Assembly: GCA_030447745.1 (NCBI GenBank)
Contig: JAUJOH010000003.1
Coordinates: 118,143-171,710 of the forward strand
Reading direction: 5' to 3'
DNA: 53,568 nt
Source: Chloroflexota bacterium
Lineage (GTDB): Bacteria; Chloroflexota; Limnocylindria; Limnocylindrales; CSP1-4
The position numbers and the translations under genes are program-made. Below, piece after piece: positions 19,856 to 29,516 of the stretch (position 1 is the stretch's first letter; the number at the start of each line of letters is the position of its first letter). The notes below the pieces were generated by a model that was not told where the DNA came from, ran no database searches, and saw only the letters and a program-made list of their open reading frames with translations.

Positions 19856-20749
19856 TCAGATCCGGTAGTACCGCTCCGCGTTCCGGTAGAGCATATTCTC
19901 CTGGTCAGCGCGGCTGAACCCGGCGCCCGCGATGATCCGGCGGTAGGCATCGGTCTGCTCGAGGTACGTCGCATACAGGATGTCGACCGGCCAGTTCGTG
20001 CCGAACATGATCCGGTCCGGGCCGAACGCGTCGATCATGTGCAGGACCCACGGCCGGATCGAGTCGATCGTCCACCGGTTGTCGGCCATCCCGAAACCGG
20101 ACACCTTGGCGGCGACGTGCTCGACCTCGGCGAACTCGCTGATCTCGGACTTCCACAGCGCGAAGTACTCGTCGTCGCGCTGGACCGGGAAGCCGGCGTG
20201 GCCGAGGATGACCTGCACGTCGGGGTTGGCCGCCGCAACGTCTCGGCCGGACAGCAGCTTGCCCGGTGACGCGTTGAGCTCGTACGACAGGTTGCGGTCG
20301 CTGAGCGCCTTGTAGCCGCGCTTGAACGCCGCCGTCTCCGGGTCATCGGGATGGGCGCGGATGCGGATGCCACGAACCCGGTCGGACGCCTCGAGGTGCC
20401 GATCGAGCTCGGCCTCCCCGTTGTCCTGCTCGATGTCGCAGAAGGCGACGATCGCGTTCGGCATGCCATGTTCGTGCGCGACCTGCTCGAGCCAGGTGGT
20501 CTCCTCGACCGGATCCGGGCCCGCGTAGGCCGCCTCGACGTGGACGCTCTTGATCACGTTGGCGCCGTAGAACTCCTTGAAGAACCGCCACGGCGCGCCG
20601 ATCGTGGAGCGGATCATCTTGTAGTCGCCCAGCAGCGCGTTGTGCCCCGGCCATCCGGGATCGGTCAGCCAGTCGTAGTGGAACCGGTCGAGCTCCCACA
20701 GGTGATGGTGGGTCTCGACGAATGGGATGCTGCGATCGACGTCGGTCAC
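19856..20749 (-). CDS. Amidohydrolase_2 family, L-fucono/L-rhamnono-lactonase-like
   Basis: ETHHHLW, SVHVEA, RVRGIR, ILGHAGFP, KVSG, FGPDRIMFGTNWPVD. Confidence 0.88.
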   Translation of the reverse strand: MTDVDRSIPFVETHHHLWELDRFHYDWLTDPGWPGHNALLGDYKMIRSTIGAPWRFFKEFYGANVIKSVHVEAAYAGPDPVEETTWLEQVAHEHGMPNAIVAFCDIEQDNGEAELDRHLEASDRVRGIRIRAHPDDPETAAFKRGYKALSDRNLSYELNASPGKLLSGRDVAAANPDVQVILGHAGFPVQRDDEYFALWKSEISEFAEVEHVAAKVSGFGMADNRWTIDSIRPWVLHMIDAFGPDRIMFGTNWPVDILYATYLEQTDAYRRIIAGAGFSRADQENMLYRNAERYYRI

Positions 20750-21636
20750 CGGGAGCCTCCTCGAGCGACGGCCTGGTTGGTGGCGGGAAGGTGATCGCGG
20801 AGCCAGGCGATGCTCCGCTCGATCATCTCGAGCTCGTCGTGGTCCCCCGGCCCGAGCGACGCGAGCTCGACGCACACCGGTCCATCGAAGCCTGCCCGGG
20901 CAAGCTCGTCGATGACCCGGTCGAGCGGCGCGACGCCCTCGCCGAGCACGGTGCAGACCGGGCCGCCGAGGATCGTCGGGTCACCAGCGACGTGGTCCTT
21001 CAACTGGACGAGAAGCGCGTGCGGGGCCAGGGCCGCCGTCCCCTCGAGCATGTCGTCGCCGACCCGGATCAGGTTGCCGTTGTCGAGGCAGACGCCCAGG
21101 TTCGGCCGCTCGACCCGCTCGAGCAGCTGGAGGATGTCGCCGGCGCGAAGATCGCCGTGGTTCTCGAGCCCGAGCTGGATCCCGGACGCCGCCGCGCGGT
21201 CGGCCGCCCGGCGGACAGGGCCGACCAGGCGCTCGACGAGAACGTCGGCCGGCTCGTCGCCTCGGGAGGTCGGGCTCCCGCCCGTGATCCGGAGGACGTC
21301 GTGCGCGAAGCCTGATGCCGCGTCGATCCAGCGCGCGAGGTCCTGCTCCGCGCCCCACGATCGGCCGCCGTCGAGGCCGTGGTACTGCCCCGAGGGCCAC
21401 GGATGGCCCCACGAGAACGCGATCCCGACGCCGTCGCGGGCGCGGCCCGCTTCCCGGAGCTCGCCCGGCCCGGGTAAATAGCACGTCTCAAGGAACAGCG
21501 CGTCCACCCCGAGCGCAACCGCGTGGTCGATGACCGGTGTGGCCTGCAGCGGCCACGGATCCGCGACCGGCGTCTCGCCGGGCCGGGTCTCGCCATACCG
21601 CCGGTGGTACGAGTAGCTGTCGATCCCGACCTGCAT
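20746..21636 (-). CDS. Xylose-isomerase-like TIM barrel (AP_endonuc_2) sugar isomerase/epimerase/decarboxylase
   Basis: GIDSYSY, LENHGD, CLDNGN, QLKDH, LGEG, CVE metal-ligand pattern. Confidence 0.88.
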   Translation of the reverse strand: MQVGIDSYSYHRRYGETRPGETPVADPWPLQATPVIDHAVALGVDALFLETCYLPGPGELREAGRARDGVGIAFSWGHPWPSGQYHGLDGGRSWGAEQDLARWIDAASGFAHDVLRITGGSPTSRGDEPADVLVERLVGPVRRAADRAAASGIQLGLENHGDLRAGDILQLLERVERPNLGVCLDNGNLIRVGDDMLEGTAALAPHALLVQLKDHVAGDPTILGGPVCTVLGEGVAPLDRVIDELARAGFDGPVCVELASLGPGDHDELEMIERSIAWLRDHLPATNQAVARGGSR

Positions 21637-21693
21637 CCGCTCCCCGCCGCGCGACGGTCTCACCTGGCCGCCGCGCCTATGGTAGCGTCCTGC

Positions 21694-21707
21694 TGGAAAC
21701 GTCACCA
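21694..21707. promoter_or_regulatory. LacI-family operator (TGGAAACGTCACCA)
   Basis: In the divergent intergenic region 21637-21744, just after a TG-extended TAGCGT (21683-21688). Confidence 0.72.
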
Positions 21708-21744
21708 GCCCGCCGCGACGGGGCCAGTCTAGGGAGGGGGCTCG

Positions 21745-22455
21745 ATGATCCGCGTCGATGGGCTGGCGGACCGCGTGGCGGTCGTGACCGGGGCGGGCCG
21801 GGGCATCGGACGGCGCATCACGGAGGTGCTGGCCGCGAACGGGGCGAGAGTCGCCGGCCTGGATCTCGAGGCGCCGGCCGACGAAGGCATCCTCGCCCTC
21901 GCGTGCGACGTCAGCGACGAGGCGGCGGTGAACGCGGCGTTCGACACGGTCGAGAGGGAGCTCGGGCCGGCGTCGGTCCTCGTCCTCAACGCGGGCATCT
22001 TTCCGATCGTTCCGTTCGAGGACACAAGCCGCGAGCTGTGGGACCGGACGCTCGCGATCAACCTCACCGGTGCCTTCCTCTGCGCGCGTCGGGCGCTGCC
22101 GGCGATGCGCGAGGCGGGCTACGGCCGGGTGGTCGGCATCGGCTCGAGCGCCGGCAAGGCGGGCGGCGCGCGGAGCGTCGCGGCCTACGCAGCCTCGAAG
22201 GCGGGTCTGATGACCCTGATGAAGTCGATCGCCAACGAGTACGCCGGGTTCGGCGTGACGGCCAACGCCCTCGCGCCCGCCCTCATCGACACCCCGATGA
22301 TCGCGAACACCCGGGACCTGGTCAGCCGCATCCCCGTCGGACGGTTCGGGACGGTCGACGAAGTGGCCGCGCTCGTCGCCTTCCTCGCCTCCGAGCACGC
22401 CGGCTACATCACCGGCGAGGTCACCGACATCAACGGCGGCTTCCTGATCGATTGA
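21745..22455 (+). CDS. SDR family oxidoreductase (FabG-like)
   Basis: TGAGRGIG, LNAG, YAASK, YITGEVTDINGG. Confidence 0.95.
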   Translation: MIRVDGLADRVAVVTGAGRGIGRRITEVLAANGARVAGLDLEAPADEGILALACDVSDEAAVNAAFDTVERELGPASVLVLNAGIFPIVPFEDTSRELWDRTLAINLTGAFLCARRALPAMREAGYGRVVGIGSSAGKAGGARSVAAYAASKAGLMTLMKSIANEYAGFGVTANALAPALIDTPMIANTRDLVSRIPVGRFGTVDEVAALVAFLASEHAGYITGEVTDINGGFLID

Positions 22456-22586
22456 GCAGGATCGTGGACGAGCCGGACGTCCGCCTCGCGCCTCCTGCGG
22501 ACCCGTCTGGGAACGCATGAGGTGTCGCTCATCCTTGAGCTGGCCGGGGTGCGCCAGCGCCGGGTACGCGCGTCGGTCATCTTCGA

Positions 22587-23615
22587 GTGACCGGGATCGC
22601 ACGGACCGTCCTGGGCGATGTCGATCCCGCCGATCTCGGCATCGTGCTCCCCCACGAGCACCTCGTCATGGACGCACGGCCGCTGCTCGACGTGCACGGC
22701 TACGCCGCCGCACCGCCGGTGGCGTGGGACGCCAGGATCGCCGCGGAGGCCCGCTGGAATCCCGGCGTCCATCCGGACAACTATGTCCTGACCGACGAGA
22801 AGGCCGCAATCGAGGAGCTCGCGACGTTCGTGGCGGCGGGCGGCCGGACCGTCGTCGATCTGACTCCGCCGACCCTTGGCCGCGATCCCGAGGCGCTCGC
22901 ACGCATTGCGGCGGGCGCCGGCATCAACGTGATCTCGGGGATCGGTCAGTACCTGCAGTCGGTGCACGAGCCGTGGGTCGCCGACGCCGACGAGGCGTCG
23001 ATCGCGCGGCGACTCGTCGACGAGAGTGTCCGCGGGACCGGCGAGCCGCCGATCAGACCCGGCGTTCTGGGCGAGATCGGCACATCGGACCCAGTGACTC
23101 CGGGAGAGCGGCGGGTCCTTCGCGGCGTCGCCTTGGCGGCCCGCGAGACGGGGCTCGCCGTCTCGGTCCATCTCCATCCGTGGGGTTACGAGGGCGAGAC
23201 CGTCCTCAAGGAGCTTCTTGCCGCCGGCGCGGATCCGGAACGGGTCGTTCTTGGCCACGTGGCGACTGCGATCGATCGGCCGGCGTACCTGCGGGCGTTG
23301 CTCGACCGTGGAGCGTTGCTCGGGTTCGACCTGTTCGGCTTCGACCATTCGCTTCTGGGCCCCGGGCGGTGGCCGCCCTCCGACCTGGACGTTGCCCGCG
23401 TCGTGGCCGCTTTCGCGCGCGACGGCTTCGCCGACCGCCTGGTGCTGAGCCAGGATGTCGGCGTCCGCACGCGGCTCCGTCGCTGGGGCGGCTGGGGCTA
23501 CGCGCACCTGCTCGAACACGTCGTGCCGCTCCTGCGCGAGGCAGGCGTCGGCGAGGCGGCCCTCCGAACGATGCTCGTCGAGACGCCCGCGCGCCTTCTA
23601 GCCATCCCTCCGTGA
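22587..23615 (+). CDS. Phosphotriesterase-like (PTE/PHP) amidohydrolase or lactonase
   Basis: RTVLG, PHEHL, GEIG, SVH, LGH, FDLFG, LSQDV. Confidence 0.93.
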   Translation: MTGIARTVLGDVDPADLGIVLPHEHLVMDARPLLDVHGYAAAPPVAWDARIAAEARWNPGVHPDNYVLTDEKAAIEELATFVAAGGRTVVDLTPPTLGRDPEALARIAAGAGINVISGIGQYLQSVHEPWVADADEASIARRLVDESVRGTGEPPIRPGVLGEIGTSDPVTPGERRVLRGVALAARETGLAVSVHLHPWGYEGETVLKELLAAGADPERVVLGHVATAIDRPAYLRALLDRGALLGFDLFGFDHSLLGPGRWPPSDLDVARVVAAFARDGFADRLVLSQDVGVRTRLRRWGGWGYAHLLEHVVPLLREAGVGEAALRTMLVETPARLLAIPP

Positions 23616-23775
23616 AGTGCCGCGGGAGCCAGGTTGTCAGACCGGAACAAGCGGCCGCGATGAGCGTCGGACCGGCGCCGCACTCGGGCGCATCGCCGTG
23701 AGCGGCTCGACGGCCCGGGCGACGAGCTGGCGCGCGACAGATGTGCGTGGTCGGCCCGATCGTCTGGTCGACCGG

Positions 23776-24493
23776 TCAGGTCATCACCCAGCCGCCGTTG
23801 ACGTCGATCGTTGCGCCGTTGACGTAGCTGGCGCCATCGGAGGCGAGGAACCCGACCACGTTGGCGACCTCGATCGGCTGGGCGAAGCGGCCGATCGGCG
23901 TCTGCGAGATGAATCGGTCGCGCTCGTCGTGGGTCAGGTGCGACGTCATGAACCCTTCGATCGCGCCCGGAGCGACGGAGTTGGCCGTGATGCCGAACCG
24001 GCCATAGTTGCGGGCGAAGTTCTTCATCAGCGAGATCATCCCCGCCTTGGCCGCCGCATAGACCGCCGAGTTCGACACACCGCCGGTCCGCGCGCCCACG
24101 CTCGAGATGGCGATGATCCGGCCCCAGCCGTTGGCGCGCATCGGCTCGGCGGCCGCCTGGGACAGGAGGAACACGGCCCGCAGGTTCACGGCCATCTGGA
24201 GCTCCCAGTCCTCGAGGGTCACCTGGGGCAGCGGATGCTTGTGCACGAAGACCGCCGCGTTGTGGACGAGCACGTCGAGCCGGCCCTCGGTCGCGAGCAC
24301 GTCGCCCACGACGGAGCCCGGGGCCGCTGGATCGGCGAGGTCGGCCTTCACCGTACGCGCGAGCGACCCGCGATCCTGATCGAGGAGGTCCAGTCCCACG
24401 ACCCGGTGACCCGCCGCGGCAAGGACGACCTCGCCCCGCGCGGCCCATGCCGCGGGCGGATCCGGTCACGAGCGCGACGCGCTGGTCGGCCAT
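23776..24493 (-). CDS. SDR family oxidoreductase (frameshift near N-terminus)
   Basis: MADQRVALVTGSARGMG, then HNAA, YAAAK, YVNGATIDVNGG. Confidence 0.9.
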
Positions 24494-24578
24494 CGACGTA
24501 CCTCCACCGGGCCCCATGCTGCGAAGGCGCCCCGTCCTCGCGGGGGACGGGGCGCGTTCGATCACCGAACCGGCGCGC

Positions 24579-25741
24579 CTAGCAGGCGGGTGCCTCCGGG
24601 TAGACCGTCCGGATGTTGTTGGTGATCGCCTCGTGCTCCGTGAAGAACATTTCGGGACCTCCTTCCCATCAAGCAGGTCGATCATGGCCGGGATCAGCGT
24701 CTCACCGTACGCTCCGGGAAGTAGGCGCATCCGCCACCCACGGGGTTGCGGGCGATCTCCTTCCGCGCTCGGATCGGCGCCCTGCGCGCCGATCCGGATC
24801 TCACTCTCGCGACCGGCGGTCTCGCCGCCGCGAGCGCGCCAGCGCCATGTCGTCGTTGAGGCTCAGGATCACGATAACGTCGCCAGCCGCGATCGCCGAC
24901 GGTGCGTCGCTCACCTGGGTGATGGCCTGGTCGGTCGTGCCGCCCACGCCCAGCCGCCGCAGCTTGTCGGCCGGGATCTCGCCGCATTGCTGGAAGCCGT
25001 CGAACATCGCCGGTCCGGGCCTCGTTGACCTCGCCCACCTGGGGCGACTCGAGCGTGAGCACGGCGGCGTACGTGCGGTCGTTCTCGGCCTTCAGCGCCT
25101 CGCCGGTCGCCGTGCCGACGACCTCGCCCGCGAGCGGTTGTTCGCCCCGAGAACACCGTCGGCACAGGCTCTGCTCGATGTCGATCGCGATCGTCGGCAC
25201 GTTGTCGTATACCTCGCCAGATCTCCCGGTGCGCTGTCCGCCGAAGGCGTTGAAGTTCAGCGCACGCGCAAACGCCTGGGCCAGCGCAGGTTGCAGGCGC
25301 ACTCCAGCTCCTGCTCGCCGCGTCGGCCTCCCGAGGTCACGAAGGCGGCCTCGACTCGGCGATCTCCGCGCCTGCTCCTCGATCGACTTCCGGCGAGGCT
25401 TCACGGGCAGCAGCGAGTCGCGGATAGCCGATCTTCTTGCCGGTCCCGGATCCAGGCTTCCGGCGCCATCGTACAGGTTGCCTGGCCTGCCCTGAAGACC
25501 AGGCGACTCGGCCAGTACCGATACCGGTGCGCGGACAACTCGGCCAGCGTTTGCCCAGACCTGAACTCGAAGCAGCCCGAAGAAGAACCGCTTGCCGGAA
25601 GCTGGGGCCAGGTAACCTCTAGCATGATGAGCCGTGCTGCAGCCCGGCAAGGTTGGACGTACAGGCGCTCGTGACGAGCGGCCCTATCTCCGGCAATCAA
25701 GGCCATGCGCCAGGCAGCGGCCTCGTCGGCGAGACGGTCAT
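24579..25741 (-). CDS. Sugar-binding lipoprotein, paralog of 29517-30593, with many indels (sequencing error or pseudogene)
   Basis: SD GAGGAGG, ATG at 25741 and lipobox LVTSAC; fragments LNFNAF, YDNVPTIAIDIEQ, TLESPQVG, LSLNDD, YFPE.YGETLIPA, NIRTVYPEAPAC*. Confidence 0.75.
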
Positions 25742-25799
25742 CGATCCCGTGCTCCTCCTCGTTGGAGTGATGGATCGCGGCGCGCAGCGGTCGTTGAGG

Positions 25800-26867
25800 A
25801 CGGGCAGGCCGGCTTCGTCGGCCAGTCCGTCGACCTCCGCTCGAGATCGCCTCGAGCGTCTTCAGACCGTCCCACTTGCGCACGCGTGCTCCAGGTCGTC
25901 GGGCCGCGCCGGCGTATTGCAGCTCCACCGTCCAGCACCCCAGGGTGGCCACCGCTCGGCGGAAGCGTCGACGGCGCGGAGTTGCGGTGGGCGCAGTATA
26001 GCGAACGCCCTTCTCGTTCCACGCCACGGGTGCTCTTCTAGATCATGAACTCGGTACGGCGCCGAAGAACAGCAGGCTAGTTCCCTCGATCTCGTCCCCG
26101 CGGACCTGCCGACCGCCGGAGCCGCAGGGGTCGAAGCTGAGCTCGAAGCGGTCGTCGAACTCATGGAGCTCGACGTTGCCGCGCCGACCGGGGCCCACCA
26201 GATGCGCCCGCATCGCCTCCAGGCTGATGTACAGGTTCCGGACGAGCGTGTCGGCGTAGGGCCGGAGCCGGACGTCGAACACCATGTACCGCTCCTGGAT
26301 GTACGGCTCGAGCACGGAGCGATAGCACGGCTCGAGGGCACCCTCGCCGAAGCGGCGGGCGACGAACGCCAGGACGCCGGCCATGAGGTCGGCATACCGG
26401 TCGTGCAGCCGGCGCCAGTCTTCCACGAGTCCCTCGAGTTCCTCGCCGGCCTCGGCGACGGAGAGGTCGTAGCTCCGAATGCCGTTGCCGAGGCGTCCGG
26501 CCCGTTCCCCGAGCGCCGCCCAGCGCGGCTCCGGGTCGAGCGGTGCGCCGTCCGGGTACGCCATCAGGGCAGCCAACCGCGTCATCTCCGCGTCCAGCTC
26601 AGCCTGCGGCACGCCCTGATTGCGGAGCCAGTCGAGGAACCCGGGGGTCCACAGCCGGTAGATGACGTAGACGACCTTGGCCTCCTCCATGAAGTAGTCG
26701 ACCAGTTGGGCGGCGGTCTCGCGCCGTCCGGCCTTGAGCCCGAAGACGTCCCCGGCGTCCGCGAGCGCCTCGCGGATCTTCGCGACGGTCGAGATGGCCT
26801 GGTCCGCCCATTCGCCCGTTCGGACCCGCTTCCCGATGTCGTCCGACCAGGTCAGCTGCGTCTCCAC
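25800..26867 (-). CDS. Uncharacterised Cys-motif protein B, paralog of 18674-19789 (3' third garbled; end approximate)
   Basis: WRRLHD, EAMRAHLVGP and FDPCGSGGR in frame to 26043; WNEKGV / LYCAH / KTLEAI continue in shifted frames. Confidence 0.85.
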
Positions 26868-26893
26868 TGCGCGATCCCTTTCCCGTGCCGTCG

Positions 26894-27979
26894 CTAGGTG
26901 TCCGCGCGAGTGAGCCGGACACGGGCGCGATCGACCGCCACGGCTCCCAGCAGCAGCAGGCCGTTCGCAACCTCGATCCAGAACGACGGCACGTTCAGCT
27001 GGATGAGCCCGTTCGAGAGCACGCCCACGATGAGCACCGCGAGGACCGTCCCTCCGATGCCGCCGCGCCCGCCGGACAGACTCGCGCCGCCGAGGACGAC
27101 CGCGGTCACGACCGAGAGCTCGACACCGAGCCCGGCGTTGACTGACGCCCCGCCGACCTGCGAGAGCCGGATGAGGCCGGCCAGAGCAACGCACAGGCTC
27201 GACAGGAGGAAGGCGACAAAGACGACACGCTTGACCCGGATGCCGGCCAGCCGGGCGGCAGTGGGGCTCGCCCCGATGGCGTACAGCGAACGGCCGTACA
27301 CGGTGTAACGCAGGATGAACCAGAAGATGATCACCACCGCGATGAAAAGGTAGACCGGCAACGGGATGCCGAGAATCCGCGTAACGCCCAGGTCGCCGAA
27401 GCCGTTGATGCGGATGGTCTGGCCGTTGCCGAGGACCTTCGTGATGCCGCGGAAGACCGCGAGGGTTCCGAGCGTGGTGATCAGCGCGTTGATGCCGATC
27501 ACCGTGACCGACAGCCCGTTGATCACGCCGATGAGCAGCGTCCCGATCACGGCGACGATGAACGCCGCGATGATCGGCAGGTTCCCGGACCACGGTACTT
27601 CCGTCCCGCCGGAGCCCGGGGCGAGCGCGGCGACCGCCATCAGCATCCCGACGAACCCGGTCGCGGAGCCGACCGACAGGTCGAACTGTCCCGCGATCAG
27701 AAGCAACGTCGCGGGGCACGCGATGATCCCCACGACGGCAACGTTCTGCAGGATGTTGATCAGGTTCTCTGGGTTCAGGAAGAACCGCGAGGCGACCGAA
27801 AAGTACGCGAACAGCGCGATCAGCACGACGATGAGGGCGGCGGTCTCGGGGACGGACAGGCCCCTGGCCTTCGTGGCGGGCGGTCCGGCGGGTGTTGAAG
27901 GCGCGGCCGGGACGGCGGACGTCGCAGGCCCGGTGACGGGGGCGGACGCCGGGGGGACGGGTGGCTCCTCGCTGGTCAC
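26894..27979 (-). CDS. Sugar ABC transporter permease
   Basis: FDLSVGS, ITTLGT, GASPTAARLAGI, AVVLGGASLSGGRG. Confidence 0.95.
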   Translation of the reverse strand: MTSEEPPVPPASAPVTGPATSAVPAAPSTPAGPPATKARGLSVPETAALIVVLIALFAYFSVASRFFLNPENLINILQNVAVVGIIACPATLLLIAGQFDLSVGSATGFVGMLMAVAALAPGSGGTEVPWSGNLPIIAAFIVAVIGTLLIGVINGLSVTVIGINALITTLGTLAVFRGITKVLGNGQTIRINGFGDLGVTRILGIPLPVYLFIAVVIIFWFILRYTVYGRSLYAIGASPTAARLAGIRVKRVVFVAFLLSSLCVALAGLIRLSQVGGASVNAGLGVELSVVTAVVLGGASLSGGRGGIGGTVLAVLIVGVLSNGLIQLNVPSFWIEVANGLLLLGAVAVDRARVRLTRADT

Positions 27980-27983
27980 GCGG

Positions 27984-29477
27984 TCACCCTCCCGAGGCCT
28001 CGAGGAGGCGCGCGGAGGTGACGGCATCCCCGGTAACCTCCGTCACGACCCTGCCCTTGGCCATCACGTAGACCCGATCGGCGACCTGGACCGCCTCCTC
28101 GTAGTCCGAGGTGCTTATGAGGATGGCCACGCCCTGCTCGGCGAGCCGCCGCAGGGCGGCGTAGATGTCCTGGCGGGCGCCTACGTCAACGCCACGGGTG
28201 GGCTCGATGAGCACGAGCACCTTCGAGTTGCGCTCGAGCCACCGGCCCAGCAGGACCTTCTGCTGGTTGCCGCCGGACAGGGTCCCCATCAGCTGGCGCG
28301 GGTCATTTCGCGAGCGGATGCCGAGCCACTCATGCCAGCGGCGGTAGGCTCGCGCCTCCTGCACGAAGGTGATGAGCTGACCGAGGACCGCCATTCTCGG
28401 CCACGACGCGACCGAGACGTTCTCGGCGACCGGACGGACCATGAACGCGCCGCCGGCCTTGCGCTCGGCCGGCAGGAAGCCGACGCCCTTGCCGATCCCT
28501 CCCAGCGGCCCGGACAGCGTCACGCGCTCCGCGTCGATCTCGAGCGTGCCCCTGTCAACCGGACGAAGGCCGTATGCGGTCTCGCCGACCTCCGCGGCGC
28601 CCGACCCGAGCTTCCCGTAGATGGCGACGATCTCGCCGATCCGGACCTCGATCGAGACGTCGGTGAAGTCGTCCGACGAACTGGCGTCCTGCCAGCGGAT
28701 CACCGGCTTCGCCGGAAGCTCCGCCTCGACCGGCGCGGGTCTCGGCAGCTCGGTGAGGCGGCGTCCGACCATCGCCTCGATCAGCGACGGGCGGTCCGTG
28801 TCCGTCACCGCCGCGCTGAGCGCCTCGGACCCGTCGCGGAGCACCTGGACCCGGTCCGCGATCCGGAAGACCTCGTCGAGCCGGTGGGTGATGTAGATGA
28901 TTGCGACGCCCTGGTCGCGCAGCCGCCGGATGAACGCGAACAGCCGCTCGGCCTCGTGGTGCGACAGCGCGGCGGTCGGCTCGTCGAGGATCAGCAGCTT
29001 CGCCCGGCGAGACAGGGCGCGCGCGATCTCGACGATCTGGCGCTCCCCCACACGCAGAGTCGACACGGTGCGCCGTGGGCCGATGTCGACGCCCAGTTCG
29101 TCGAGGATCTTGCGCGCCCGCCGGTTGACCTCCGGCCAGTCGACCAGCCCGAAGCGGTTGGGGATCCGGCCCATCGAGATGTTCTCGGCCACGGTAAGCG
29201 TCGGCGCGTCCTGGAACTCCTGGAAGATGATCGCGACGCCCAGCTTCTGCGCGTCGATCGGCGTGAGCGCCGCGAACGACTCGTCTCCGACGATCACGGC
29301 GCCGCCGTCCGGCGTGTAGTCGCCGGCGATGATCTTGACGAGCGTGCTCTTGCCGGCGCCGTTCTCCCCGAGCAGCGCGAGCACGGACCCGCCGACGGCG
29401 TCGAGATCCACACCGTGGAGCACCTCGACCCCGCCGAACGACTTGCGGATCCCCTGCGCCCGGAGGGCGAAGGTCAT
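27984..29477 (-). CDS. Sugar ABC transporter ATP-binding protein (RbsA type)
   Basis: GENGAGKST, LDEPT, LSGGNQQKV, EPTRGVDVG. Confidence 0.97.
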   Translation of the reverse strand: MTFALRAQGIRKSFGGVEVLHGVDLDAVGGSVLALLGENGAGKSTLVKIIAGDYTPDGGAVIVGDESFAALTPIDAQKLGVAIIFQEFQDAPTLTVAENISMGRIPNRFGLVDWPEVNRRARKILDELGVDIGPRRTVSTLRVGERQIVEIARALSRRAKLLILDEPTAALSHHEAERLFAFIRRLRDQGVAIIYITHRLDEVFRIADRVQVLRDGSEALSAAVTDTDRPSLIEAMVGRRLTELPRPAPVEAELPAKPVIRWQDASSSDDFTDVSIEVRIGEIVAIYGKLGSGAAEVGETAYGLRPVDRGTLEIDAERVTLSGPLGGIGKGVGFLPAERKAGGAFMVRPVAENVSVASWPRMAVLGQLITFVQEARAYRRWHEWLGIRSRNDPRQLMGTLSGGNQQKVLLGRWLERNSKVLVLIEPTRGVDVGARQDIYAALRRLAEQGVAILISTSDYEEAVQVADRVYVMAKGRVVTEVTGDAVTSARLLEASGG

Positions 29478-29516
29478 CGATCGCGTCTCAGCAAGTCGGC
29501 TGCTCGGGTTGCGGCG

